64,000 bases of DNA, from assembly GCA_963719225.1 (NCBI GenBank), contig CAVRAY010000001.1:32001-96000 (forward strand), read 5' to 3'. The position numbers and the translations under genes are program-made. This document shows positions 18,664 to 34,316 of this stretch, piece after piece (the first letter of the stretch is position 1; every line of letters starts with the position of its first letter). The notes under the pieces were generated by a model that did no database searches, had not been told where the DNA came from, and worked only from the letters and a program-made list of their open reading frames with translations. The DNA comes from Thermoanaerobaculia bacterium (GTDB lineage: Bacteria > Acidobacteriota > Thermoanaerobaculia > UBA5066).

Positions 18664-19122
18664 ATGCGTTTCCTCGCTCATTTTCTTTCCATCGCCTTTC
18701 TGGCTCTTCTCCTCGGAGGGTGCGGGACCGAGTCGCCGTCGGAGCCGAACAACGGGCGCGCGAGCCCGACGCCGACGGCCGGAGCCGTTGCGACATTCCC
18801 GACGCTGCCCCCGTTCTCGACGCCCGTGACGTCCGTCACACCGACGCCGGGAGGAACGCTTTCCCCGACGTCCACGCCGGGCCTCGGCGTCACCAACCCG
18901 CCCACGTCCGTTCCGACGTCGGGAAGCCCGACGGCGGTTCCGACGTCCACTCCCGTCACTTCGGCCACGCCGACTCCTTTCGCCGGCACGCCCACCCCGA
19001 CCCCTTTCACCGGGGTCCCCACTCCCACGGTCCTGCCGACGCCGACTCTGGTGCCGACCTTCCCGCCCACGCCCTCGCTTCCGCCGACGCCCACGCTTCC
19101 GCCGACTCCCACACCCGTCTGA
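18664..19122 (+). CDS. Pro/Thr-rich lipoprotein
   Basis: Signal peptide with lipobox LGGC, followed by about 130 aa of PTPT repeats. Confidence 0.7.
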   Translation: MRFLAHFLSIAFLALLLGGCGTESPSEPNNGRASPTPTAGAVATFPTLPPFSTPVTSVTPTPGGTLSPTSTPGLGVTNPPTSVPTSGSPTAVPTSTPVTSATPTPFAGTPTPTPFTGVPTPTVLPTPTLVPTFPPTPSLPPTPTLPPTPTPV

Positions 19123-19155
19123 GCAGGATCGGGCCGCGGCGCTACCATCCGCGGA

Positions 19156-20304
19156 ATGCCCCGTCCGCCCGGACCCTCTCTCGCCGCCGCGGCGCTTCGC
19201 GGATCGCCCTACTCGAGCCTCCTCGCGAAGATGGCGACGCACGAAGGGGAGATCTTCCCGCTGCACGTCGGCGACACCTGGCGGCAGGCGCCCCAGGGCG
19301 CGCGGCCTGAAGAGCTGCCGCGCGGCATTCCCGGGATCAACCGGTACACCGACGTCCACGGCCTCGCGGAATTGCGTGACGCGATCGCGGAACGGATGCG
19401 ATCCCGCACGGGCGCGAACCTCTCGCGAAGGAACGTGCTCGTGACGGGCGGAGCGACCGCGGGACTCATGGCGGCGGTCGGCGCCCTCGTCTCGCCCGGA
19501 GAGGAGGTGCTCCTCCTGTCCCCGCGCTGGCCGCTCATCGAGGGACACGTGCTCATGGCGGGCGCGACGCCGGTGGAAGTGCCGCTCCTCCTCGGCGACC
19601 TCTCGCCGGCGAGAGTCGTCGAAACCCTCGACGAGCACCTCACGGAGAAGACCGTCGCGCTCTACGTCAACACGCCGAGCAATCCCACGGGCCGCCTGAT
19701 TCCCCGCCCGTCGCTCTCCGCTCTCCTGGACTGGGCGGAACGGCGCGACGTGTGGATCCTCGAGGACGACGTCTACGAGGACTACGCCTACGCGGGCGAG
19801 CACGTCTCGACGCTCGCGCTCGCGTCCGGGAGGACGATCGCCGCACACTCGCTGTCGAAGGCGTACGGCCTCGCGGGCGCGCGGTGCGGCTGGCTCGCCG
19901 CGCCGGAGAACGTGCTCGAGGAGATCGTGAAGCTCTCCGCCCACACGGTCTACAGCGCTCCGACGGCGTCGCAGCACGCGGCGCTCCGGATCCTCGCGGG
20001 CGCCGGGGACGTCTGGGTCGAGGAGGCGCGTGCCGAGTACGCGGCCACGGGGACGGAAGCCGCGCGACGGCTCGGCGTTCCACCGCCCGAAGGAGGTTCG
20101 TTCCTCTTCGTGGACGTGGCGCACGCGCTCGACGCCCGGGGCCTTCCGGGCCTCCTCGAAGGCTGCGCCGACGAGGGCCTCTTTCTCGCGCCCGGGCCGA
20201 GCTTCGGCCCGTTTCCGACGCACGTCAGGATCTGCTTCACGGCCGTTCCGCCGGAGAAAGCCCTCCGGGGCGTGGACATCCTCGCGAGCATGCTCGACCG
20301 ATAA
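19156..20304 (+). CDS. PLP-dependent aminotransferase class I/II
   Basis: VTGGAT, NTPSNPTG, DDVY, SLSKAYGLAGARCG, VRICF. Confidence 0.92.
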   Translation: MPRPPGPSLAAAALRGSPYSSLLAKMATHEGEIFPLHVGDTWRQAPQGARPEELPRGIPGINRYTDVHGLAELRDAIAERMRSRTGANLSRRNVLVTGGATAGLMAAVGALVSPGEEVLLLSPRWPLIEGHVLMAGATPVEVPLLLGDLSPARVVETLDEHLTEKTVALYVNTPSNPTGRLIPRPSLSALLDWAERRDVWILEDDVYEDYAYAGEHVSTLALASGRTIAAHSLSKAYGLAGARCGWLAAPENVLEEIVKLSAHTVYSAPTASQHAALRILAGAGDVWVEEARAEYAATGTEAARRLGVPPPEGGSFLFVDVAHALDARGLPGLLEGCADEGLFLAPGPSFGPFPTHVRICFTAVPPEKALRGVDILASMLDR

Positions 20305-20426
20305 GAAACGCTCCGAAACCCCGCGGTGCCATCCCCTATCTCATTCTAAGAGAATAACTTCCTGCAATCTGCGTTGCGCCGACTCAGATCGGGGAATAGC
20401 CCGGGAATGCGTGGTGTTATCGGGGC

Positions 20427-22900
20427 ATGTCGGAAACCCTGACTCTCCCCGTACTCCCTCTTCGTAACGCCGTCCTTTTTCCCGGCGTAAGCTTCCCGAT
20501 CTCCGCGGGCCGCGCCGGCACGCTCCGCGCCATCGAGCAGGCCGTGAAGGAGCACGACTCCACGATCTTCGCCGTGACCCAGCGTGCGGACGTGGAGCGC
20601 GTTTCGGCCGAGGGCCTGTTCATGATCGGCACGGTCGCGAGCGTCAGCTCGGTCCAGCGCGGACCGGGCGGGATGCGTCTCCTGCTCGAAGGAAAGAGGC
20701 GCGGCATCGCGATGCGCGTTCTCGAGAAGAAGAACGGCATGCTCGAAGCCGTCGTCATCGACGCGCACGAGATGGCGCCCGCGGACCCGAAGGATCCCCT
20801 TTTCACCGCCCTCCACAAGGAGGCACGCGAACGCGCCGCCGAGCTGGGGACGAAGATGGGCCTTCCCGAGGAGGCCGTCGAGCAGTTTCTCGCACAGGCC
20901 GAGGAGCCCGGCAGGCTCGCGGACCTCGTCGCGGGTTACATCGACATCCCGACGCCGGAACGACAGCAGCTCCTCGAGACGCTCTCGGTGGAGGACCGTC
21001 TCCGCCGCGTCCTCGTCCACGTGCAGCGCCAGATGAGCGTCCTGACGGCGCAGGAGGACATCCAGCAGAAGATGAAGGAGCAGATCGGCGACCGCCAGCG
21101 CGAGATGCTCCTGCGCGAGCAGCTTCGCGCGATCCAGAAAGAGCTCGGAGAGGGCGAAGGCAAGGACGCCGCGGACCTCGAGGAGCTGAAGAAGAAGCTC
21201 CTCGCCCACCCGCTGCCGGACGACGTGCGCAAGGAAGTCGACCGCGAGCTGTCGCGGCTCGAGCGCATCGGGCGCGAGTCGATGGAGTCGCAGGTCATCC
21301 GGACGTTCCTCGAGAACGTGGCGGAGCTGCCGTGGGGCAAACGTTCGGACGACAAGCTCGACGTGAACGAGGCGGCGCGCATCCTCGACGAGGACCACTA
21401 CGCGCTGTCGGACGTGAAGGACCGCATCCTCGAGTTCCTCGCGGTGCGCCAGATGCGGGCGAAAGCGGAAGCGTTCTCTCCCGACAAGGCCGCGTCGACC
21501 GCGGTCCTCGAGCCGACGGTCCCGATGGGCGAGGCGGCCGAGCCCGCCGCGCGCAAGGAGATCACCGCGGCCAAGGGCCGCATCCTGCTCTTCGTCGGGC
21601 CGCCCGGCGTCGGGAAGACCTCGATAGCGAAGTCCATCGCGCGCGCGATGGGCCGAAAGTACGTCCGCATCTCGCTGGGCGGCGCCCGCGACGAGGCCGA
21701 CATCCGCGGCCACAGGCGTACGTACGTCGGCGCCATGCCGGGCCGCATCATCCAGGGCCTGAAGCAGGCCGGGACGAAGAACCCCGTCTTCCTCCTCGAC
21801 GAGGTCGACAAGCTGGGCGTGTCCTTCCAGGGCGACCCGGCGAGCGCGCTCCTCGAGGTGCTCGACCCGGCGCAGAACGACTCGTTCACGGACCACTACC
21901 TCGGCGTTCCGTTCGACCTCTCCGAAGTCCTCTTCATCGCGACCGCGAACTTCCTGCAGGGCATCCCGGGGCCTCTTCTCGACCGGCTCGAGGTCGTCGA
22001 GTTCTCCGGCTACACCGAGAGGGAAAAGCTCGCGATCGCGCGGCAGTACCTCGTCCCGCGCCAGCTTTCCGAGAACGGCCTCGCGGAGGGCCAGCTCACG
22101 CTGACCGACGGCGCGCTCGCCGAGGTCATCACGAGTTACACGCGGGAATCCGGCGTGCGGCAGCTCGAGCGCGAGCTCGGAAAGCTCGCGCGGAAAGTCG
22201 CGCGCCGGATCGCGGCGGGGGAGATCACGAGCCTGGCCGTCGACGAGACCGACGTCTTTCCGATCCTCGGCAAGAAGCGCGTTCACCCGGAGAAGAAGAT
22301 CGTGGCCGACCAGGTCGGCCTCGCGACGGGCATGTACTACACGCCCGCGGGCGGCGACATCATGTTCGTCGAGGCGATGCTCATGAGAGGGAAGGGCGAG
22401 GTCGTCCTCACGGGACAGCTCGGCGACGTCATGAAAGAGTCGGCTCGCGCGGCCTGGACGTTCGCGCGCTCTCATGCATCCGTGCTCGGCATCCCCGACA
22501 ACGCCTTCGAGCGCGACCTGCACGTCCACGTGCCGGCGGGCGCGATCCCGAAGGACGGTCCCTCGGCGGGCATCGCGATGGCGACCGCCATCGTGTCGGC
22601 GCTCTCGGGCGTCCCGGCGCGCCATGACCTCGCGATGACGGGAGAGATCACGCTTTCGGGCCGGGTCCTTCCGATCGGCGGCCTCAAGGAGAAGATCCTC
22701 GGGGCCGTGCGCGCGGGGATCCACTCCATCGTCCTGCCGAAAGACAACGAACCGGACCTCGCCGACCTGCCGAAGGAGGTTCGCGCGCTGCTCGACGTGC
22801 ACCCGGTCGAGGATCTCGGCTCGGCGCTCGCCGTCACGCTGCGCGGTGCGAAGCTCGCGGGCGGGCTGCTCCTCCTGCACGGGGACGGTCCGACTCCGGA

Positions 22901-22919
<19 letters not shown>
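20427..22919 (+). CDS. lon: ATP-dependent Lon protease (831 aa); its natural TAG stop is displaced to 26342-26344 by the inserted block
   Basis: [31 protein letters not shown] (Ser), IGGLKEK (Lys); ends ...EAGAVSH, and the repeat copy at 26323-26344 continues CAC TAG. Confidence 0.96.
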
Positions 22920-26340
<3,421 letters not shown>

Positions 26341-26342
<2 letters not shown>

Positions 26343-27501
26343 AGGTGCGCGAACCGAAGAACCGCTTCTCCAGGAGCACGAAGGCGGGAATCGAAAAAGC
26401 CGCGACGACGGCGGCCGTGGCGTAGGCGGTCGGAAAGCCCTTTCGCCCGATCACGGCTCCGAGGGCGACGGAGCCCGTCCCGATGCCCGTGTCGAAGGCC
26501 GCGAGGATCGCCCCGAAGGCCGCGCCACGGCGTGCCGGGTCGACGTGCCGCGTGACGTGGGCGACGTAGACGGGGTAGACGTTCCCGAAGCTCACGCCGA
26601 AGAGGACGGCGGAGACCGAAAGAAGCGCGCGCGTGGTCGAGACGGCAAGGACGGCGAAGGAAACGGCGACGAGGCCCAGCAGCGGGAGGATGACGCGGCG
26701 CGGGCCCACGCGATCCGCGAACCGGCCGATGAAGGGGCGCAGACAGAGGACGGTGAGCGAGAAGACCGTGAAGAAGAGCCCCTTGGGAGAGAGGCCGCTC
26801 GCCTCCGTCCACATCGCCACGAAGCTCGTCACGCCGCCGTAGCCGAAGCTGCAGAGGAACAGGCTCATCGACACCGCGAGGACGGGCCATTCGATGAAGT
26901 TCCGCGTGAAGAAAGGCGTCGAGGCCGCCCGGGAAGGGCCTTTCGATTCGGGAAGGTGCCACGCGATCGCCGCCATGACGAGGTTGAGCACTCCGACGGA
27001 CGCGCAGAGCGCGACCCAGCCGTGCCGGTAGATCTCGAGGCCGAGCGCTGGCGCGAAAGCCGTCGCGAAAACCGTGGCCATGCCCCAGTAGCCGATGCCC
27101 TCGGCGCGGCGCTCCGGCGGGATGAGGCCGGTGATGTAAGCCGCCGAAGCCGAGAGGAGCCCGGACCAGAAGAACCCGTGAAAGAAAACGAGGCCGACCA
27201 GGAGCTGCCAGCTGTTCGAGAGCGCGTAGGCGGTCGAGAAGCCTGCGATCACGAGGCTCGCGACGAGCAGCACCCGGCGCCGGCCGAACCGGTCCGCGAG
27301 AGCGCCGGTGAACGGTGCGGAAAGCGCCGAGGCATACGTGAGAAGCCCGAGAAAAAGCCCGGCGGCGACGGTCGAGCCGCCCAGCTCGAGGATGCGGAAC
27401 GGCGCGGTCGGGAGGAGCTGAAACAGCGACAGGAAGACCGAGAACGTGAAGGCGCACATCAGGAAGAACGGGCGGGAGAAGAGGCGCTCGCTTCCGTTCA
27501 C
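26341..27501 (-). CDS. MFS transporter
   Basis: About 12 TM helices; GALADRFGRRRV and GRFADRVGPRRV motif A. Confidence 0.93.
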
Positions 27502-27520
27502 GGCAGGAGTCTAAGCGCAC

Positions 27521-30500
27521 ATGGGGATGAATAGATAATGTGTGTGTTTTGTTTAGAATGTTTATATGTTGTGTTTTGAGTGTATGTTTGTGTGTTTGTT
27601 TTGTTTGATGTATGTTTTTGTTGTGTGATTTTTATTTGTTTTTGTGTTTTTGTTGTTTTTTTGTTGGTATTGTTATATGTTTGTTGTTTATTTTGTGATG
27701 TTTTTGTATGTGTTTTATGAGTGTATGTTTTTGTTTTTTGTGGTTGTTGTATTTGTGTTGTTGATTGTGTTGTTTTTGATGTGTTTTTTGTTGTGTGTTG
27801 TTTTGTTTTAGTATTTTTTTGTTTTTTTTGTTGTTTATGTGTTTTGTGTTGTTTTTTATTTTTTTGTGTTTGTGATGTTTTTGTATGTGTTGTTTTGTTT
27901 GTTATGTTGTTTGTTTTTTTTGTTTTGTTGTTTTTTGTTTTTTTTGTTTATTGTGTATGTTTATGTGTATTTTTTGTTTTATTTTTTTTTTTTGTTTTTG
28001 ATGTTTGTTTTGTGTTATTATTGTGAGTTGTGTGTGTGTGTGTATGAGAAGTTGTTTTTTTATGTGAGTTTTTTTTATGTATGTGTTGATTTTTTTTTGT
28101 TGTTTTTTTATTTTTTTTTTTTTTTGTTTATGTTTTATGTTTTTGTGTTGTTTGTTTTGTGTGTGTTAGTTTTTGTGTTTGTGTATGTGATTGTTATTGT
28201 TTTTTTGATATTTTTTGTGTTTTGTTGTATATTTGTTGTGTTGTGTTTGTGTTGTTTGTTGAGTATATTGATTTTGTTTGTGTGTTTGTGTATTTTTATA
28301 TGATGTGTTATGTTGATTGTTTTTTTGTGTTGTTTTTTTTTGTTTTTGTTGTTTTTGATGTGTTTGTTTTGTTGTTTGTGATTGTATTTGTTTGTTGATA
28401 TTGTTTTGTGTTATGTTATTGTTGTGTTTTTGTTTTTGTGTTGTGTTGATTTTTTGTTGTGTTGTGATGTTTTTGTTGTTGTTTTTTGTGTTGTTGATAT
28501 TGTGTTGTTTTTTGATATTTTGTTGTTGTTGTTAGTTTTTGTTTTTTTGATTATTTGTGATTGTTTTGATTGTTATTATGTTTTTGTTGTGATGTTTTTT
28601 TGTGTGATTGTTTTGTTTGTTTTTGTGTTTGTGATGTTGTGTTTGTTTTTTTGTGTTGTTTTTTTTGTGTATGTGTTTTGAGTGATTTTGTTTGTTTTTG
28701 TTTTTTTTTTGTTGATGATGAGTTGTTTGTGTGTGATGTTTTGTGTTTGTGTTTTGTTGTTGAGTTGTTTGTTGTTGTTGTGTGTGATGTGTTGTTTGTT
28801 GATGATGTTGTTGATGTGATGTGTGTTTGAGTTTTGTTTTTGTTTTTTTTGATGTTTATTTGTTTGTTTGTGATGTTTTTGATTTGTTTGATGTTGTGTT
28901 TTTGTTTTTTTTTTTGTTGTTGTTTTTGTTTTGTTTTTTGATGTTATGTTTTGTTGTGTTTGATGTGTTGTTTTGTTTTATTTTTGTTGTTGTTGATGAT
29001 GTTGTGTTTTTGGTTGTTGATAGTTGTGTGTGTTTGTTTTGTTGTTTTGATGTTTTGTGTGTGTTTTTTGATGTTTTTGTGTGTGTGTTTTTTTTTGTGT
29101 GTTTTTTTTGTGATTGTTTTTTTTTTGTGTGTATGTTTGTTGTGTGTTGTGTTTTTTGATGTTATTTTTGTTTGTTTGTTTTGATGGTTGTGTGTTTTTG
29201 TTTGTGTTGATTTGTGTTTTTTGATAGGTTGATTGATGTTATTGTGTGTTTTTGTTGTTTGTTGTGTTTTGATGTGTTGTGTGAGATTGTTGTTTTTGTA
29301 TATTTGATGTTTTTGTGTTGTGTTTTATGTTTGTTTGAGTGTTGTTGTGATGTATTTGTTATGTTTTTGTTTGTGTGTTTGTTGTTTGTGGTGTTTATGT
29401 TTGTGTGTTGTTGTTTTTTTTTTTTTGTGTTTTGTTTTTGTTTTTTTGTTTTGTTTTGTTTTGTGTTTGTGTGTGTTGTGTGTGATGTGTTTTTTTGTGT
29501 GTTTGTGTGTTTTTTTGTTGATGATTTGATGTGTGTGGTGTGTTTTTGGGTTGTTTAGTGTGGTGTGTGAGTGTTTTTTTTGATTGTGTTTGGTTGTGTT
29601 GTTTGGTGTGTTTTGTTTTTGTTGGTTGTGAGGTGTGTGTGTTTGTGAGTTGTGTGTGTTTTTTGTTGGTTGTTTTGGTTGTTTGTGTTTTTTTTTTTGT
29701 TTGTGTGAGTGTTTTGTGTGTTGTGTTTGTTGTTTGTGTTGTTTTGTTTGTTTTGGTTGTGATTTGTTGATGTGTGTTGTGTGTGTTTTTTTTGTTGTTT
29801 GTTGTTTGTGTTTTTTTGATTGTGTGTTTGTGATGTGATTTTTTGGTTGTTTGTTTTGTTGTTTTTGTTGGTGTTGTTGTTTGTGTTGATGGGTTGTTAG
29901 TGTTCGTTGTTCGGCGGCTTCTCGGAGATGGGTTTTCGGAATGACATTGGGAGTGGGATGGGTGGTGTGGGTGGTGAGGTTGGGTTTTGCGCGCGTGTTG
30001 GAGCGAGCTGGTTGGGATGAGCGGGGGAGTGTCTCAGGGGGAAATGGAGATAGGGAGTTTGTGGATGTGCGTTGGGAGCTGAGAGCGCTGCTGTGAGAGG
30101 GGGGTGAGAATGATTGGGGTGGGAGTGGTTGGGATGGCTGGGGATGATGTGTTTGGAGGTGTATAGGGATAGATGTTTTCTGATATGTGGGAGCGGGGGT
30201 GTTGGGTGATTTTGCTGATCGTCTGACGTTTGGTGTGGGTGTGTATTTGTTGGAGATGTGCTATGAATGGGAGGTGTGCTTGGATGTGATTCTATGTATA
30301 TGGTGTTTCGGTAGCGGCTGAGTGTGTTGGAGGTGTGAGGTGGGGAGCAGTTTCGATTGGATGTATGGAGCTGCTTAGGTAGATAGGGCTGCGATTTCTT
30401 GGGAGGTGTGTGGGTAGGTGTGTATGTTGGTGTGGATTGGTTGTGTGCGGTAGTGATTATATGGTTCATGTGGTGTGATGTTGATGTTAGTTTTTTGGTG

Positions 30501-31509
30501 GTGCGTGGGTGTGTTTATGGGAGAGATATTTTTTGATGTCTTTGATGTCTCTTATGGTTACGTGTTTGCGTGTATTGTGATGTTCGAATATCGTTGTTAC
30601 TCGATGTGCGATTGGTGTACGCTGCGTGTGACGTTCTCGGGAACGGGAGACGTGGTGTGATAGACTTGTGAAGGTGTTGTTTCTTTTTGGTGGTTTTAAT
30701 GGTGTTTGACTTATGGGTTTGTGAATGGTAGTGTTTGTGATAAAGTGGGGGTTAGGATGTTTGGGTATATGGTGTGTGGATGACAATGTGACGATTGATG
30801 GCTCGATTTTGGGTGTGTTATGGGGCTCTCTTTAGGGTATGCTTAGTTTGGTGCTTGTGATATGTGCGTTTCACGAGAGAGCTTCTTTCGCGAATGGTGG
30901 TTGTGGTGCGCGTTCGATTCAGCTACGTGGAGAGTTTTTGAGGTGGGTGGATGTGAGTGTGACGCTGCGTGGGTGAGCAGTGGTCATTTCGGGGCGATCG
31001 ATTTCTGCGGAGAGGCGGTATCTGCTCGGGTGCGGGGTGCGAGTACGTCGGTCGGTGCATATCACTGTCGATTCGTGTGCTGCTGTCTACGCGGGGCGCG
31101 TACGGCGTCGTTGTTGCGGTTGGTGGTTAGTTCGGTTCTTCACGTCGGCGGTGGTTGTCGGGTGTGTACGCGGGTCGTAGTGTTTCTTTACGGTCTGCGC
31201 GTCGTTGTGGAGTTTCGTTCGATTGTCGTCGTCGTGATCGTTGTCGGTATCGGTGTCGTTCCTGTGTTTCGTGTTCGTTGTTTATGACGTTGATGTCGGA
31301 GGTCTCCTGTAGTGAACGTCTGTGACGCGAGCGCTGTAACTTGTTTAGTGGTTTCAGTTGTATGTTATCTTCGCGGTAGCGTTTGTTGTGAATGTTTGTT
31401 TGCGTGTTAGCTGTTTTTCGTTTATGTTTCTGTGTTTTGTTTATGTATTTGTTAATGTTTTTTTATATTTTGTTGAATGTATGTGTGATGTTGTTTATGT
31501 GTTGATGGT
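27521..31509. other. T/G-rich low-complexity block 2 (no C seen until 29905, then C-poor); probable artefact
   Basis: Composition unlike the flanks; ORFs are only F/V/C/L strings. Confidence 0.85.
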
Positions 31510-31631
31510 CGTGCGCGAGGATTGAGGCTGGCTCAAAAAGGGCCGCCCCATGGCGGCCGGAGGAGGAGAGTGCGCTTCGCCCCGCTTCGCACGCGGCGTG
31601 CCAGCCTCCTCGCGCCGAAAAGGCGCCGGGA

Positions 31632-33179
31632 CTACGCCTCGAGCACGATGTCGAACCGTTCGTGATGGAGGTGCTCGTCGCTCTGGACGTGGACGGGCAT
31701 TCCGATCTGCTCCTCGAGCTCTTCCACGAGGCGGCGCTCCTCGCCCACGAGCGAGCGGTAGATCTCGGGGTGCACGCGCAGGACGAGGGAGTGCGCTTCC
31801 CCGACCTCGACGCGCTTCAGGACCTCGCGGCGGATCTCGAGGACGATCGTCGGAACGCTCTTCGTGCGGCCCGAGCCCGCGCAATAGGGACAGGGCATCG
31901 TGAGCGCGCGCTCGAGGCTCTGGCGCTGCCTCTTCCGCGTGATCTCGACGAGGCCGAACTCCGACACGGGGAGCATCCGGTTCTTCGAGCGGTCTTTCTT
32001 CAGCTCGGCCTCGAGCGCGTTGACGAGCTCCTTGCGGTGCTCCTCCTCCTCCATGTCGATGAAGTCCACGACGAGGAGGCCGCCGAGGTCTCGCAGCCGG
32101 ATCTGCCGGACGATCTCCTGCACCGCCTCGAGGTTCGTCTTCACGACCGTGTCCTCGAGGCGCTTCTTGCCGACGAACTTGCCCGTGTTCACGTCGATCG
32201 CGACGAGCGCTTCGGTCTGGTTGATGACGATGTAGCCGCCGGACTTCAGCCAGACCTTGGACTTGAGCGCGTTCTCGATCTCGGCCTCGACGCCGTACTC
32301 CTCGAAGAGCGGCGCGGACTTGCGGAAGAGCTTGACCTTCGAGACGAGCACCGGCTGCACCTGGTCGAGGAACTCGACGATGCGCTGGTACTCCTCGTCG
32401 TCGTCCACCCAGAGCGTCGCGAAGTCCGAGCCGAAGACGTCCCGTGCGGCGCGGAGCGTGAGGTCGAGGTCGCGGTGGAGAAGCGTCGGCGCCCCCGCGC
32501 GCTCGCCTTTCTTGCGGATCTGCTCCCAGAGCTTCGTGAGGTAGCGGCGGTCGGCCGCGAACTCCTCCGGCGCGCGCCCTTCGCCCGCCGTGCGCACGAT
32601 GTACCCGCCGGGACCCTTCTTGAGGTTCGTGAGGATCTCCTTGAGGCGGTTCCTCTCGTCCTCGTTCTCGATGCGCCGCGAGACGCCGACGTGGTCGATC
32701 GTGGGCATGTAGACGAGCGTGCGCCCCGGGAGCGTGACGTGCGTCGTGACGCGCACGCCCTTGTGCGCGATCTGGTCCTTCGTGACCTGCACGACGAGCT
32801 CCTGACCTTCCCTCAGGAGCTCGTCGATCGACGGGAGAATCGGCTTCGGCGGCACGTCGCCTTCCGCTCCGGGCACGATCTCGGCCGGCAGCGGAAGCGC
32901 CTCGAACGTCGCCGCGGCGCCCCCGCTCCCGAAGGCGTCGAAATCGTCCACCTCCTCGCCGACGTCGGCCACGTAGAGAAAGGCGTCCTTCTCGAGCCCG
33001 ATGTCGACGAACGCCGACTGCATCCCCGGCAGGACGCGCGTCACGCGCCCTTTGTAGATGTTCCCGACCGTGCCGCGCTGCCTCCGGCGCTCGATCTGCA
33101 CCTCGGCCACGCGCCCTTCCTCGAGGACGGCGATGCGCGTCTCGCGGTCGGACGAGGAGACGAGAAGCTCTTTCGGCAC
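31632..33179 (-). CDS. rng: Ribonuclease G (Rne/Rng family)
   Basis: GNIYKGRVTRVLPGMQSAFVDIG S1 domain, IDVNTG, RLRDLGG, CPYC. Confidence 0.95.
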   Translation of the reverse strand: MPKELLVSSSDRETRIAVLEEGRVAEVQIERRRQRGTVGNIYKGRVTRVLPGMQSAFVDIGLEKDAFLYVADVGEEVDDFDAFGSGGAAATFEALPLPAEIVPGAEGDVPPKPILPSIDELLREGQELVVQVTKDQIAHKGVRVTTHVTLPGRTLVYMPTIDHVGVSRRIENEDERNRLKEILTNLKKGPGGYIVRTAGEGRAPEEFAADRRYLTKLWEQIRKKGERAGAPTLLHRDLDLTLRAARDVFGSDFATLWVDDDEEYQRIVEFLDQVQPVLVSKVKLFRKSAPLFEEYGVEAEIENALKSKVWLKSGGYIVINQTEALVAIDVNTGKFVGKKRLEDTVVKTNLEAVQEIVRQIRLRDLGGLLVVDFIDMEEEEHRKELVNALEAELKKDRSKNRMLPVSEFGLVEITRKRQRQSLERALTMPCPYCAGSGRTKSVPTIVLEIRREVLKRVEVGEAHSLVLRVHPEIYRSLVGEERRLVEELEEQIGMPVHVQSDEHLHHERFDIVLEA

Positions 33180-33215
33180 GCGGCGAGTCTAACCTCCGCG
33201 GCCAGCAGTCCCGGC

Positions 33216-34313
33216 TCACACGTTGACGTAGCGCCTGTAGGCGACGGAGAGCATGAGCCCCACCATGCACCACGTCGCGACGAGCGAGGACCCTCCGTAC
33301 GAGACGAACGGCAGCGTGATGCCGGTCGTGGGCAAAACGCCGACGTTCATCCCGACGTTCACGAGCGCCTGGGCCGTGATGTTGAGGATGAGGAGGAGGA
33401 CGAGCATCGCTCCCCCGCGGTCCCGTGCATCGCGTGCGAGCGCGAGCGCCCGCGCGACGAGAAATCCGTAGAGCGCGAGGAAGACCGCGACGCCGGCGAA
33501 CCCCCACTCCTCGGCGAGCGCCGCGAAGACGAAGTCCGTGTGTCGCACGGGAAGGAAGCCGAGCCGGCTCTGCGTGCCCTGCTTCCAGCCCTTGCCGAAG
33601 ATGCCGCCGGAACCGATCGCGATCCGGGCCTGCCGCACCTGGTAGCCGGCGCCGCGCGCCGCGAGGTTCGGGTCGAGAAACGTGCGGATCCGGTCCTTCT
33701 GGTAATCCTTCAGGAGGAACCACGAGCCTCCGATCGCGAGCGAACCCCCGATGATGAGGGTGGCCCACCAGCGCCCGGGGATGCCGCCGAAGAAGAGAGC
33801 CGCGGCGAGGAAAGGCAGATACGTGAGCGCAACGCCGAGGTCGGGCTGAAGGAGGACGAGGACCGTCGGCACGGCGATGGCCGCGGCGATGGCGGCGATC
33901 GAGCGCGTCCTGAGGAGCGCGCGGTCGTCGTTCTCGAGGATCCACGCGAGGAGAAGCGCGATCGAGATGCGCGCGAACTCCGAAGGCTGGATCTGGAAGC
34001 CGCCCATCTTGATCCAGGATTTCGCCCCGGCAATCCGCTTTCCGAGGATCGGGAGCAGAAGGAGCACGAAGAGCGTAAACCCGTAGAGGCCGGGCGAGTA
34101 CTGCAGGAGGATGCGGTAGTCGATCGCGAGGAAGATGCCCGCGGCGATGAGGCCGAGGAGCGTGAAGAGCATCTGCTTGCCGGCGAGGTCCGCGCGCGGA
34201 GTTCCGGCGGTCGTCGAAACGACCATCGCGATCCCGATCGCCGTGAGAGCGAGCGCGAGAAAGAGGATGCGCAGGTCGATCCGCCGAGGAAGGATCTCGG
34301 CGAGCCGGGACAT
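33216..34313 (-). CDS. rodA: Rod shape-determining SEDS protein RodA
   Basis: GAKSWI, QPSEF, QPDLG, IGSGG, HTDF, LPFVSYGGSS; follows mrdA. Confidence 0.95.
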   Translation of the reverse strand: MSRLAEILPRRIDLRILFLALALTAIGIAMVVSTTAGTPRADLAGKQMLFTLLGLIAAGIFLAIDYRILLQYSPGLYGFTLFVLLLLPILGKRIAGAKSWIKMGGFQIQPSEFARISIALLLAWILENDDRALLRTRSIAAIAAAIAVPTVLVLLQPDLGVALTYLPFLAAALFFGGIPGRWWATLIIGGSLAIGGSWFLLKDYQKDRIRTFLDPNLAARGAGYQVRQARIAIGSGGIFGKGWKQGTQSRLGFLPVRHTDFVFAALAEEWGFAGVAVFLALYGFLVARALALARDARDRGGAMLVLLLILNITAQALVNVGMNVGVLPTTGITLPFVSYGGSSLVATWCMVGLMLSVAYRRYVNV

Positions 34314-34316
34314 CGC

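Noticed and set aside
20305-20426. Heat-shock operator upstream of lon
   Set aside because: Only short dyads (ATTCT-AAG-AGAAT); no CIRCE or other recognisable consensus
27721-31287. Hydrophobic F/V/C/L ORFs and His/Thr/Pro-rich reverse-strand ORFs
   Set aside because: Compositional by-products of the T/G block; no motifs or host-like codon usage
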